Position numbers and translations under genes: made by a program
Shown: piece after piece, positions 27,725 through 36,820 of the stretch
How positions within the stretch are numbered: position 1 is the first letter of the stretch
Layout: every line of letters begins with the position of its first letter
The notes under the pieces: generated by a model
Database searches by the model: none
Told to the model about the DNA's origin: nothing
What the model saw: only the letters and a program-made list of their open reading frames with translations
DNA from: a virus
Taxonomy: Duplodnaviria > Caudoviricetes
Strand: one strand, 5' to 3'
IMG/VR virus record: IMGVR_UViG_3300021247_000931
Span: 1-55,444 of that record
Length of the DNA: 55,444 bases

Positions 27725-28255
27725 AGAGGTTTCGTCATTTGCACGGCCGTCAACTAACTCGGGCAATTTGGCCTCAAGGAGGCCGCTCGGATTAGCAGCG
27801 GGGGTTGCGACTAAATCGACGGAAATCAGGGAATCACACCGGGCAGCCATGAGTTTCTTGCCCTCCTTTTCGATCGGCTCGTCATCGCCCAGGAAAGCGG
27901 CCGAGAGTCCGACGTTTTTGGGCATGCGCTCGGCAAGCTCCAGGGCCTGGTCGTATTGGGAGTGGCTCTTGAGCAGGTGCCAGTCGGCGCGGAGTTGATT
28001 CCCGTCGATCTGGAAGTTTTTGAGGTAACCATTCACGGCATCAGCGCCGGTCTTGTGGTTCCATTTGGTGGGAACGGTGCCCATCTTCTCGGCGCACTCC
28101 TTGATCTGGCGGAGCGTCGTCATATCGACTTCCAGATCGTGGCCTCGGGCGGTGATTCCAGCCGTGATGACCGAGACCCCGCGGATAATGCCGTTGGAGC
28201 GATCCACCTGGACTCCGGAGAGTCCCAAACCATTGTCAAAAAGATGCTGCTTCAT
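26978..28255 (-). CDS. Prohead maturation protease fused to scaffold
   Basis: GVSVIT.G..RGH, KWNH, VGLS, SVDLVATPAANPSGL protease motifs; acidic coiled-coil C-terminal half. Confidence 0.8.
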   Translation of the reverse strand: MKQHLFDNGLGLSGVQVDRSNGIIRGVSVITAGITARGHDLEVDMTTLRQIKECAEKMGTVPTKWNHKTGADAVNGYLKNFQIDGNQLRADWHLLKSHSQYDQALELAERMPKNVGLSAAFLGDDEPIEKEGKKLMAARCDSLISVDLVATPAANPSGLLEAKLPELVDGRANDETSMDPKNTPNSAPEPTLTDLLAAVNALTETVAAQGQQIAEIQEAASHDEGPSLEEILSLSEEQIADLVAAGEITEEDAAGIVALQAEHAAGDGEGEGSTEGAPAEGEAAPAGAEAGTALSALTREVRMLQARLTRDDIAAEEAEVAHHFETIEGNLKAFSDENASLKSEVAALKSRNEVLLHAIKTGTRVLSFSADGTISPVTSKDGKVHEFEQKVSEIEKSGKSRAKAFESVIKTNPELHRDWLESQRA

Positions 28256-28272
28256 GCCCCCTTGCGGGGGGT

Positions 28273-28278
28273 GTCAAC
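28273..28278 (-). promoter_or_regulatory. Late element GTTGAC-N17-ATG
   Basis: GTTGAC ACCCCCCGCAAGGGGGC ATG(28255). Confidence 0.6.
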
Positions 28279-28308
28279 ACCTGCAATCCACCACCAAGAA
28301 GGAAAAGG

Positions 28309-29127
28309 CTAAAGGGTTGTTCCGGCGCTACCCACGCCACCGCCGGGAGCCTCCTCGCCAACCGGGGCTTTGATGCCCCGGGTACGATACGCGCGGATCT
28401 TGCGAGAGAGCTGGCTCTCATTGCCGCCGACACGCTCATCGATGGCAGCGACATTACGCTCAGGATCCTGCGTCCCGTAGGCCGCATGCATGGCATCGGG
28501 CGTCAGGCCGCTCTCGATATTAGGCTCATACTGGCCGTTGGCATTGCGCGGGCGGCTATCCAGCTCGCGAAGCCGCGAGGAGCGGGAGGCAAGAGAGCGT
28601 ATCCTGGCTGAAAAATCCTTCTCAGGGGAGCAGCAACCAATCCGCTGACCGATCTTGTAGGATCGAACCTTGGACTGCTCGGCAAGGGTGCCGATCGTCT
28701 GGAGGATCCCTTGGTCGCTCACAGTGGAAGCGATCTCATTGATCTCGTGCTGGATTTGCTGCTCTCGATCCTGCAGCTCCGCAAAAAAGTCGGAATTGGA
28801 CATTCCCTGTAGGAATGCCATGGCCGACTGCTGAACATCCGATAGATTGAGCGCGACACCCTCACCGATCATCAGTTCAACGAGCCTGTCATAAGCAGCC
28901 TCATAGGCGCCATAAAGCTCCCCCAGGAACTCGTGATCCTCGAAGAACGATGGGCCGCTGGTCAGATTGTGGGCGTTGTGGGCATAGAGCTGCAACCCTC
29001 GGAATAGGGCCGCCAGTTCTGTTATTGCCTCGATGGGCGCAGATCGCTCCATCGACTCCTCTTCAGCGAACGCACGAAGCCGAGCGGATCGAATGGCAAA
29101 CTCGCGGAGGCGGGGGAGGAAGCTCAT
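28309..29127 (-). CDS. Dps/ferritin-like protein with RLREF tags
   Basis: AHNAHNLTSGPSFFEDHEFLGELY..YDRLVE resembles the Dps H..G..F...H..L.E.Y..D.L.E pattern; RLREFA, RLRAFA, DFSARI and RLRELD tags. Confidence 0.7.
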   Translation of the reverse strand: MSFLPRLREFAIRSARLRAFAEEESMERSAPIEAITELAALFRGLQLYAHNAHNLTSGPSFFEDHEFLGELYGAYEAAYDRLVELMIGEGVALNLSDVQQSAMAFLQGMSNSDFFAELQDREQQIQHEINEIASTVSDQGILQTIGTLAEQSKVRSYKIGQRIGCCSPEKDFSARIRSLASRSSRLRELDSRPRNANGQYEPNIESGLTPDAMHAAYGTQDPERNVAAIDERVGGNESQLSRKIRAYRTRGIKAPVGEEAPGGGVGSAGTTL

Positions 29128-30923
29128 TATCGCATGCGGGAGAGGAATCCACGAATCACAGCACCAATACCGCCCACCTTGGATCCAGCGCGGGAAAGCA
29201 CTGAAGCCTCCTCGCCTGCCTTGGCAGCCCCTGCAAACTTGGCCCCATCGTGGGAAAGAGGGGAGTTGGTGGCCGCCGTAGCGACCGATCCGGCTCCATC
29301 ACTTGTGGAGGGAGGGTTGAAGGAGCTGGTGAAGCCACCCTTGAAGTCATTGGCCGCAGCACCATAGGCCTGGCCAACGGAGGCACCATTCTGGCCATAC
29401 TTCTTCATGACGGCCTGATGGCCCAGCACGGCACCAGCACCAAGACCGGCACCCACGGCGGCATCTCGGATGGGATGGCCGTTCTCATCGAGCTTTTCGT
29501 CGAAAGACTTGAGTGCGGAGGAGGCGGCGGAGAGCTCGCGGAGGCGATCCTTGGCGGAGAGTGGGATGTAGGCCATCGTTCCATCGCCACCATCATAGAC
29601 TCGGTGCGACGAGCGTGCGGCGGCATGCTTGGGTAGCTTGGGGACCAAGGGATTGATGGAATCGATATGCGTTTTTAGGATATTCCCATTTTTCCTGATA
29701 CCATCGATACCTGCACCAATCAGGGGAGCAATTCCAAGAGAAGGAAGAGCGAGCGGCGCTGAGATATACAGTCCCGCATGGCGCTTGAGGTGGCCTTTCA
29801 CGCCAGGCTCTTTGTAAATCGTAGTTTTGTCCCCTTCTTTCATGGCGTATCCACCAGCCAGCTCCTTCAGGCGATCCTTGGCGGAGAGATGGCGATCGCG
29901 AATTTCTTTGGCACGGGGATCGCGGATTCCTTTGATGTATCCGGCAGTTTCCCCGGCGATCGCTCCCCCGAGGCCACCAACAACAGCAGGGAACGCCCGT
30001 CCGCCCTTTTTGCCAAGAAGGGCGCCAATTCCAGCACCGGCAGCGCCACCGAGAGCGCCGCCAGCCAGAACATGTTTGGCATCGTGAATGTATCCGTCTT
30101 TGTAGGCCTTGGCCTTCTTGCCCCAAGGGGCGTTGTAAGCGCCGACGTTGGCGGTTCCCAGGACAGCATGGGCCACAGGGCCTGCGGCGAGTTCACGCAG
30201 GCGATCCTTGGCGGAGAAACGCTTGGCGGCCACGCGCTTGATGGCGGCGAGGGCATCGGATCCAGCGACCTTGTAAGCACCACCAACAGAGCGCTTTACT
30301 TCCCGAGGCTTGATAAAGCGACCGTTCTCGCGGCGAAGCGTCTCGGTGCCATACTTCTTCATAATGCCGACATGACCTGCGCCAAGACCGGCGCCCACCA
30401 GCGCAGCGCCACCTGCCGCCTCGGCGATGCCGGGGCCGTTGTAGTGGTTCTCAACTCCCGTGAAGGTGCCATCCTTGTCGAAGGCGGGCTCATTTTTGGT
30501 CAGAAGACCGAATTCCTTGTTTTTGAACCGCTCCTCATCACGGCCCTTGATTCTTGATCCAGCGAAAGCGCCGCCAATTCCTCCGACAATAGCCGCACGC
30601 TTTCCGATATGATGTCCGGTCGCTAATCCGGTAGCCCCGGCAACTGCAGCGGTATTGTTTGGGATTCCGTGAGCCTTCATGGTGGCGCGAATGGGCTTTA
30701 AGCCTTTCACTAAAGAACGTGGCGCGGATTTCCCTAGAGCCAGCATGCTTCCGCCAACAAGCGCACCACCTCCGACGGCGCCCAGGCCATATCCCGCGAG
30801 AGCACCACTAATTGCGCTTCGGGTCACCGGAGCAACCGTAGGGTATTCTTTTTCCTTGGTGGCCAGTTCCTTGATCTGGCAGGACTTTTCAGAGAGTTCG
30901 CGGAGGCGGGAGAGAGGAGTCAT
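29127..30923 (-). CDS. Modular basic glycine-zipper protein (5 modules), putative internal head/ejection polyprotein
   Basis: 598 aa; (L/F)SAKDRL(R/K)EL three times, KEFG, RLRELS; GAxxGxxxG hairpins. Confidence 0.6.
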   Translation of the reverse strand: MTPLSRLRELSEKSCQIKELATKEKEYPTVAPVTRSAISGALAGYGLGAVGGGALVGGSMLALGKSAPRSLVKGLKPIRATMKAHGIPNNTAAVAGATGLATGHHIGKRAAIVGGIGGAFAGSRIKGRDEERFKNKEFGLLTKNEPAFDKDGTFTGVENHYNGPGIAEAAGGAALVGAGLGAGHVGIMKKYGTETLRRENGRFIKPREVKRSVGGAYKVAGSDALAAIKRVAAKRFSAKDRLRELAAGPVAHAVLGTANVGAYNAPWGKKAKAYKDGYIHDAKHVLAGGALGGAAGAGIGALLGKKGGRAFPAVVGGLGGAIAGETAGYIKGIRDPRAKEIRDRHLSAKDRLKELAGGYAMKEGDKTTIYKEPGVKGHLKRHAGLYISAPLALPSLGIAPLIGAGIDGIRKNGNILKTHIDSINPLVPKLPKHAAARSSHRVYDGGDGTMAYIPLSAKDRLRELSAASSALKSFDEKLDENGHPIRDAAVGAGLGAGAVLGHQAVMKKYGQNGASVGQAYGAAANDFKGGFTSSFNPPSTSDGAGSVATAATNSPLSHDGAKFAGAAKAGEEASVLSRAGSKVGGIGAVIRGFLSRMR

Positions 30924-30986
30924 GGGTAGAAAGGTTCATTTCCCCTCCACTCGTCAACTTGAGCCCCCGACTCTCGACTCTCGACT

Positions 30987-31181
30987 TTAGCCCTTCCCCT
31001 GTTCCTGATTTCCTAAGTTCCTGATTTGTTTTCTGAACGACTTGACCTGGTGGACGAGTCGTTTCAGATCCTTGGTCGTCACGCGCAGCCGAAAAGGTAG
31101 CTTCACTCCCGGGAGCCAGACCACAAGCGACAGCTCGTATTTGATCTCACGGGGGCGCGAGGCGGCCTTGGCCGGGATCAT
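30987..31181 (-). CDS. Small basic hypothetical protein
   Basis: 64 aa, co-oriented, fills the gap. Confidence 0.4.
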   Translation of the reverse strand: MIPAKAASRPREIKYELSLVVWLPGVKLPFRLRVTTKDLKRLVHQVKSFRKQIRNLGNQEQGKG

Positions 31182-31184
31182 GGA

Positions 31185-34100
31185 TCAGGCGATTTTCTTC
31201 GGGAACTTGATGATGTTCGAGACGGGAGCAGCCGCGGCTTTCTTGGGGAAAACGGAAAGACCCGAGAGCTTTCTCGCAGCGACCGCTCCGCCAGCCACAC
31301 CGAGGAGGCCTGTTCCGACGATGGCCCCCTTGAGCAGGGCCTCGCGGTTTTCCTTCTTCTCATGCCACTCTTTCTGACGGCGGAAGCGGGGACGGCTACC
31401 AGGAGCGAAAACCCGGGCACTCTTGCCGCGGGGATCCCGGACATCCCATCCGGCCAGGGTCGCATCGAGGTCGAACTGCTTGAGCGTGCGGCGGAGCTTC
31501 GCCCCGAAGAGGCTGACTCCGTGCTTCTGGGTAAAGGCATCTGCCTTTCGGAGATGGGGCATGATGTTTTTCTGGCCAAATCCGGTCTTGGTTGCCACGG
31601 CCGCGCCACCAAGGAGGGCGGCACCCGCGGCGGCGGATCCAACGGCGCGGCGAAACCATGCCTTTTCCCATTCGCGCTTCTGGGGCCTGCCAGCCTGATC
31701 AATGCGGCGGCCGCGTCCGGCGAGGACATCACCCGTGTCGCGGAGCAGCCCGGTGCCACGGCCACCCCAGCGGTTGATCGCCTTGCCCTTGTTGTAGAAT
31801 CCGCGGATCGTCTGAACTCCGGTCATGGAGACAGGGCTTCCCGAAGCATCGACCACATCGCCATGGAGGCCATAAGCGGCACGCGTCGGGCTGACAAAAC
31901 GCTGCGAGTCCCGCTCGCGGGGCTGATTGGAGTAGCCAAATTCCTTAAGGAGGCCGCGAATCTTTGTGGAAAGGTTTTTCCGACCCTCCTGACGGGCAGC
32001 AATCTGGGAGTTGTTGATGGCATCTACGAGCATTCCTTCATCGGCCCCCTGATGGGCACCATAGAGAGCTCCAGCTCCAGCGCCGATTGCAGCGGCAGTG
32101 GGAGAACCAGCCGTCTTAATGGCATGCAGAGGGCGCCAGGTCTTGGCTCCTTTGGTGAAAGCCGAGGTTGCCTTGGCCCCGAGAGCGCCCTTCTTGAGCG
32201 CAACGGCCCCCAGCCCGCCGAGGGCGGCCCCGGCAAGGGCACCGCCCACGGCTGCGCGCTTGGTAAAGGCAGCCCTGTCGTTGGGATCAGGGTTTCCGAG
32301 CACTTTGTTTCCAATCGCAGTCCCGCCACCAGCCAGCGCACCCATCGCGCCGGCACCGATCCCTGCGGCATGCAGGGCGGATTTGAGGGATTTCCCTCGG
32401 GTCAATAGAGCAGTGCCGCCGCCCAGCAGGGCCCCAGAGGCTGCCCCTGAAAGGGCGGCCTTGATCTCCTGCTTGCGAGGACTCTCGGAAGGAAGGGAAA
32501 ATTCTTTCTTCTCCTTGCGTCCAGCCGCATAGCCAACCAGGGCTCCACCGGCACCCGCAACGGCCAGAGCAGGAGTTAGGCGCCTTGGCGCCTTGGGAGT
32601 GAGGCCAGCCTTCTTGAGGGCAGCAGCGGAGGCTTCCTTGCGGACAGCATTGTAGAGAGGGCGAAGCCTTTTGCCATGCGTGGCTAGAACTTTTCTTAAA
32701 ACGGGAACCTGACGATGAGCCGCACCCAAAGAAACGCCAGCGTCGGTGGCGTAACGCTCCACATCGCGCCTAATCACCGAATCATAAGCCGCTGGATGGA
32801 CAAATTGCGACATGGGAGTGGCTCCCGGAACTTTGCGAATGTAATCCCCACGGGAAAACAGCTTGGCCTTCTTGGCTAGGATCGCACCGGCGGCACCCAC
32901 CCCGGCAAGGGTGGGAAGTGCCTCGGCGCGCTTGGCCCAGCGGGGGCGATCCCCGTAGATGTCGCGATGCTTGTCGGTGATGGCGCGAACGGCGAGGACG
33001 CCACCCATACCGGCTGCGGCACCCAGGCCCGAGCGGACCAGGCGCTGCTTGAGAGTCGATCCCTTGCCGTGAGTAAGCCACCCGGCAGCGGATCCGGCCA
33101 TGGCGGCGTTGTTGATGTTGCGGTCGCGTCGGTCGAGGTCACTCTCCCGCACGGTCTTCACGAATCGATCGTGAGCGGTCTTGCCGGTCAGGGGAACCCC
33201 ATCCTCGTCGGTCTTGAGGGAGAAGCGTTTCATAAGCGGATCCCTGGAAGAGAGGCGGAGGATTTTTCCAATCCATCCCTTGCGGAGATTTCCGGCAGCC
33301 GATTCCCCGTGAGCGAGCACGGCACGGATGGCGCGGGCCGTAGGCGTAACCTCATCGGCCGCCTTTCCCACCTTGAGCCCTGCATGGAGAACCCCCGCTC
33401 CTGCAGCAAGCGCTCCGGCACCTACGGCCCCATCACGCAGCTTCTCGGAACCGGAGTGCTTTTCAGCAAATTCCTTGTTGGGATTGGCAGCCTTCCAAAT
33501 TGAGTGGGTGCGCTTGACGGCGGCTTTCTCACCCTTGGTGAGATTGGGATTGCGGGCGAGATCGCGGAAAGAGGCATCTCCCGCCTTGTAGCGGGCCTTG
33601 GCGGCAACGGTGGCTGCCTTTGCCCCCTCGGCGGAGCGGGCTTCCCCGGCGACACGGGCATTGCGACGCGCAGCCACGATGCGGTTGGCGGTGGAGCGCT
33701 GGATGGCGACTTTCTCAGCCGCACCGACAGTGCCACGGAGTCCACGACCGGCCAGGGCGAGGCCCCCGGCGAGACCCGCCGAGAGGATTCCAGTCTTGAG
33801 CAGCTCATGACGCTCCTCTTCGGGAGTCTGCGAAAATTCCTTCACCTTCTGCAGGAGCGCGGAGCAGTTCCAGCGCTTGAGGGCGGCACCCTTGGGGGTG
33901 AGCTTGCCATCCTTGGAGGTCGGACCCTTGACGCCGCTCATGCGGGCGCAGAAGGATTCGCGCCTCTTGGCCGACTTGCTCCCCGGCTTCAGCTCGGATG
34001 GCTTCTTGGTGACGGGCCGCTTCAGGTTCGATCCGTTCTCGCGGTTGTATTTCTCCCTGAAGGAATCATTAAGTCCCCCGGTGCGGGCATGGCGCTTGGA

Positions 34101-34814
34101 GTTGTATCGCAGAAACGGCTTTTCAAATTCCTTCATGCCCTTTTCCCAAGCGGTCAACTCTTGAAACCATTTGGTGATCCCGCCTTTTTCAACTTGATAC
34201 TTGGTGCTTCGGTAGGCCCCCCGAAGTGTTCTCTTGAGCCGATCGAGGAGGGGGCGGTCTTTGTTCGGGGAATTTTTCCCGAGGAACTGGTTTTTGTGAG
34301 CGGCTAGTTCTTCCGCAAAAACCGATGCAATACTGCCAGGAGGACCGCCCCTCCTTTGCTGAAGAACGCTATGAGTGATTTCGTGCTTCCGGATGCCCCG
34401 TTGGGCATTGTGGACTAAAATTCCATAGTCGGAATCCCCAGCCGACGATCCCGAAGGTCGCGGAATGACATTTCGCAGGGAGTGCTCGGGAGGGATGGAG
34501 ATAAGCCCTCCTTCACGAAGCCGCCGCTCGGCGAGGCCTCTCCTCTGCTCGAAGGTGTCAGAGGGATGCTTGGGAACGATGGCTTCTGCCCGCTCTTTGT
34601 AAATACTATCAATGGATTTGGGAGGATCCTGTTGAGCATCCTTTTCATAAGCGGAACGAAGAGTGGTTGGGTGGGCATAAGATCCAAGAGGCTCGGACGG
34701 CGGAGGTGGGCGGCGATCGATCGCGGGACGAATGTACCCCTCCGGGATCATCCGGGCAAATTCTTTTAGTCGCCCCAGAGCCTCCAGGACATGCTCAAGA
34801 GAGGAGGCGCTCAT
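31185..34814 (-). CDS. Large modular basic protein: HExxH module, SFCARM (DUF6321-like) module and many glycine-zipper modules
   Basis: 1209 aa; HEITH..EELAAH; RRESFCARMSG..ALKRWNC; repeated KEF(A/S/G/E) tags. Confidence 0.6.
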   Translation of the reverse strand: MSASSLEHVLEALGRLKEFARMIPEGYIRPAIDRRPPPPSEPLGSYAHPTTLRSAYEKDAQQDPPKSIDSIYKERAEAIVPKHPSDTFEQRRGLAERRLREGGLISIPPEHSLRNVIPRPSGSSAGDSDYGILVHNAQRGIRKHEITHSVLQQRRGGPPGSIASVFAEELAAHKNQFLGKNSPNKDRPLLDRLKRTLRGAYRSTKYQVEKGGITKWFQELTAWEKGMKEFEKPFLRYNSKRHARTGGLNDSFREKYNRENGSNLKRPVTKKPSELKPGSKSAKRRESFCARMSGVKGPTSKDGKLTPKGAALKRWNCSALLQKVKEFSQTPEEERHELLKTGILSAGLAGGLALAGRGLRGTVGAAEKVAIQRSTANRIVAARRNARVAGEARSAEGAKAATVAAKARYKAGDASFRDLARNPNLTKGEKAAVKRTHSIWKAANPNKEFAEKHSGSEKLRDGAVGAGALAAGAGVLHAGLKVGKAADEVTPTARAIRAVLAHGESAAGNLRKGWIGKILRLSSRDPLMKRFSLKTDEDGVPLTGKTAHDRFVKTVRESDLDRRDRNINNAAMAGSAAGWLTHGKGSTLKQRLVRSGLGAAAGMGGVLAVRAITDKHRDIYGDRPRWAKRAEALPTLAGVGAAGAILAKKAKLFSRGDYIRKVPGATPMSQFVHPAAYDSVIRRDVERYATDAGVSLGAAHRQVPVLRKVLATHGKRLRPLYNAVRKEASAAALKKAGLTPKAPRRLTPALAVAGAGGALVGYAAGRKEKKEFSLPSESPRKQEIKAALSGAASGALLGGGTALLTRGKSLKSALHAAGIGAGAMGALAGGGTAIGNKVLGNPDPNDRAAFTKRAAVGGALAGAALGGLGAVALKKGALGAKATSAFTKGAKTWRPLHAIKTAGSPTAAAIGAGAGALYGAHQGADEGMLVDAINNSQIAARQEGRKNLSTKIRGLLKEFGYSNQPRERDSQRFVSPTRAAYGLHGDVVDASGSPVSMTGVQTIRGFYNKGKAINRWGGRGTGLLRDTGDVLAGRGRRIDQAGRPQKREWEKAWFRRAVGSAAAGAALLGGAAVATKTGFGQKNIMPHLRKADAFTQKHGVSLFGAKLRRTLKQFDLDATLAGWDVRDPRGKSARVFAPGSRPRFRRQKEWHEKKENREALLKGAIVGTGLLGVAGGAVAARKLSGLSVFPKKAAAAPVSNIIKFPKKIA
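34153..34158 (-). promoter_or_regulatory. Intragenic late element GTTGAC-N16-ATG
   Basis: GTTGAC CGCTTGGGAAAAGGGC ATG(34136), in frame within the 1209-aa ORF. Confidence 0.55.
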
Positions 34815-36544
34815 TCTTCAGAGTTGGTTGGAGGATTCTCGGGAGGGGTGGAGGCATCAGGCCTCGGAGCCGGGCGCGGCACCATCAGCTCGGCATCCTG
34901 CGGGGCTATTCCGTAGAGGGTGACCAGCGTGGCCACTGCGGCCTTGCGATCCATGGTCCCCTCCCCTGCCTGCTTGAGGACTTCGAGCAGAGGCTTGGTG
35001 TCTGCCCCTTGAGGGACAAGCCCCTGGGGCGGAGGTGAAGGAGGTGTATTGATAGCGGCCAGCGTCTGTGTCGGGTTGGTAAGGCGGGCGGTAATCAGCT
35101 CGATCGGAACCTGAGTCTCGGCGGCTAGGCCCTGATAGAACTTCACCTCGCTCGCAGCACGGCGGGCGACATCCTCAAAATTGCCGCCGTTGTCGCTGAT
35201 CATGTCGCTGACCGTAATGACTCCCGCATTAAGAAGCGCAAGCTTGGCCTGCACGTCGTTGCCGTAGTCGCCGGTAAGCGTGGCACCGAATCCCCAGCGT
35301 CCCTGCCTCCAGTTGGGGTGGAATCCGAGTTGTCCGGTCGCAATGGCGCGGGAAAGCACCCGGTCACGCACTGGATTGAGAGCCTGGGCGACAAGGAGCT
35401 TCTGCAGGCGGGCGATGGCACGGGTGGCCTGGGCAATCTCGACGCGGCCGGTATGACCGGAAAGGGCGCTCATGTCGTAGAGGAATCCATACGGCATGTT
35501 GAGCGGCTGGCAGATCGCCCGAACCGTGGCCGAGTAGAGAGCCATGAAGGCGCCCGAGGGACGGGTCGTTCCCGGGGCAAACTGGATCTTCTCACCCTGG
35601 ACAAGCCGGAGAACCTTGCCTGCCTTCATGGAGATCTCCGAGGGACGGCTTGCGCCGGAGGATCCACCACCAGCAGTGGCGTCGGAGGTATTCCAGGCGC
35701 TGTCGTTGCCCGGCTTGTAGGGATCGTCGGTGTAGATCATGCCTGCATGGCCGACCTGCCACTTGGCGGCCTGCATCTCAGCCGAAGCAATCTCATAGAG
35801 GTCTCTGGCGGGGGCCAGGGCTGCCGCGAGGGCGCTCACGCCCCGGTATTGATCAACCCTCCAAGGGTCGAAGATGTGCAGGAAGCTATCTGCAGGAACC
35901 TCATGTTCAAAGGTGACATTGGAGGTGATACGATCGCGCTTGTAGATTGCGTAGGAGAGGACACGGCCCACCTCGTCGATATTGACGCCGCCGATGCAGA
36001 GAGGATTGCCCGCGTCGGCGGGATTGAGGACGTTGCCGATGCGGTCGGCCTCGATCGGCTGGATGCGGATCTGGAATTCCCCCGCCTCCTCGACATCGAC
36101 CATGTTCCACCCGTGATCTCCATCCACGAGCATGGCCGTCTCGGCCATGCGCAAGAGCTGGCCGAGTTGATGGCGGCCGGTCACATCGCACCGCTCGCCC
36201 CACTCGCGCATGAAGGCCTGATACTCCCCGTCGGCCACCTTGTCGCCCGTGGAGGCGATGTAGAGGATGTCGTCGGTGGCATACTGGACGATCCGGGAGA
36301 CCATTCCCTGGAGAATCCCGAAATTGCGGTGTAGATCCCGGGCATCCCAGAGCAGCTCGATGCGGTCGCGCCCCATGCGCCAGCTCTCCGAGGAGGCGTT
36401 CTTCATGCGCCCCCCGGATCCGCCGCGGCGGCGTCCAGGGTTGGCAGCATCATGGGAAAAATACTTCAGGCGGTCGCGCGCGATGGCGCGGTGGAGCGCC
36501 CGCTCGGGGGCGATGGAGGCGATGGTGCGTTCGAGCAGGTTCAT
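34811..36544 (-). CDS. Portal protein, lambda family
   Basis: ARDLHRN, LVDGD, IQPIEADRI, GVNIDEVGRVLSY, RVDQYRGVSALA motifs. Confidence 0.9.
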   Translation of the reverse strand: MNLLERTIASIAPERALHRAIARDRLKYFSHDAANPGRRRGGSGGRMKNASSESWRMGRDRIELLWDARDLHRNFGILQGMVSRIVQYATDDILYIASTGDKVADGEYQAFMREWGERCDVTGRHQLGQLLRMAETAMLVDGDHGWNMVDVEEAGEFQIRIQPIEADRIGNVLNPADAGNPLCIGGVNIDEVGRVLSYAIYKRDRITSNVTFEHEVPADSFLHIFDPWRVDQYRGVSALAAALAPARDLYEIASAEMQAAKWQVGHAGMIYTDDPYKPGNDSAWNTSDATAGGGSSGASRPSEISMKAGKVLRLVQGEKIQFAPGTTRPSGAFMALYSATVRAICQPLNMPYGFLYDMSALSGHTGRVEIAQATRAIARLQKLLVAQALNPVRDRVLSRAIATGQLGFHPNWRQGRWGFGATLTGDYGNDVQAKLALLNAGVITVSDMISDNGGNFEDVARRAASEVKFYQGLAAETQVPIELITARLTNPTQTLAAINTPPSPPPQGLVPQGADTKPLLEVLKQAGEGTMDRKAAVATLVTLYGIAPQDAELMVPRPAPRPDASTPPENPPTNSEE

Positions 36545-36549
36545 GAAAG

Positions 36550-36804
36550 TCAGTTGCCGGGGCCGAAGTTGGAGAAGTCCGGCAGCGCGACGGACGGACG
36601 GCGCGACCCGATGGTGCGCTCATTGCGGATGCGGATGGCTGCCTGGAGGCGATCCTGGACGAGCCTCAGATCCTTGGTGTAGCTCTTCTCGCCCGAGGTT
36701 TGCTGGGTGTAGAGCGTCGCCTGATTCTTCAGGGTTGTGATCTCGGTCTCGATTTCCGCGGGCGTGTAGGCCCGGTAGATTTCCATCCATTCGCTTGATG
36801 CCAT
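36550..36804 (-). CDS. Head completion/adaptor protein (gpW-like)
   Basis: 84 aa from ATG 36804; QQTSGEKSYTK beta-hairpin between helices; directly upstream of the portal. Confidence 0.6.
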   Translation of the reverse strand: MASSEWMEIYRAYTPAEIETEITTLKNQATLYTQQTSGEKSYTKDLRLVQDRLQAAIRIRNERTIGSRRPSVALPDFSNFGPGN

Positions 36805-36820
36805 GACCCACTTGCGAGTG

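Noticed and set aside
26027-36740. Long plus-strand ORFs (e.g. 26027-26971, 27008-27757, 31362-32408, 33504-34307, 35318-36334)
   Set aside because: Antisense shadows of GC3-rich capsid, protease, polyprotein and portal genes; no recognisable motifs.
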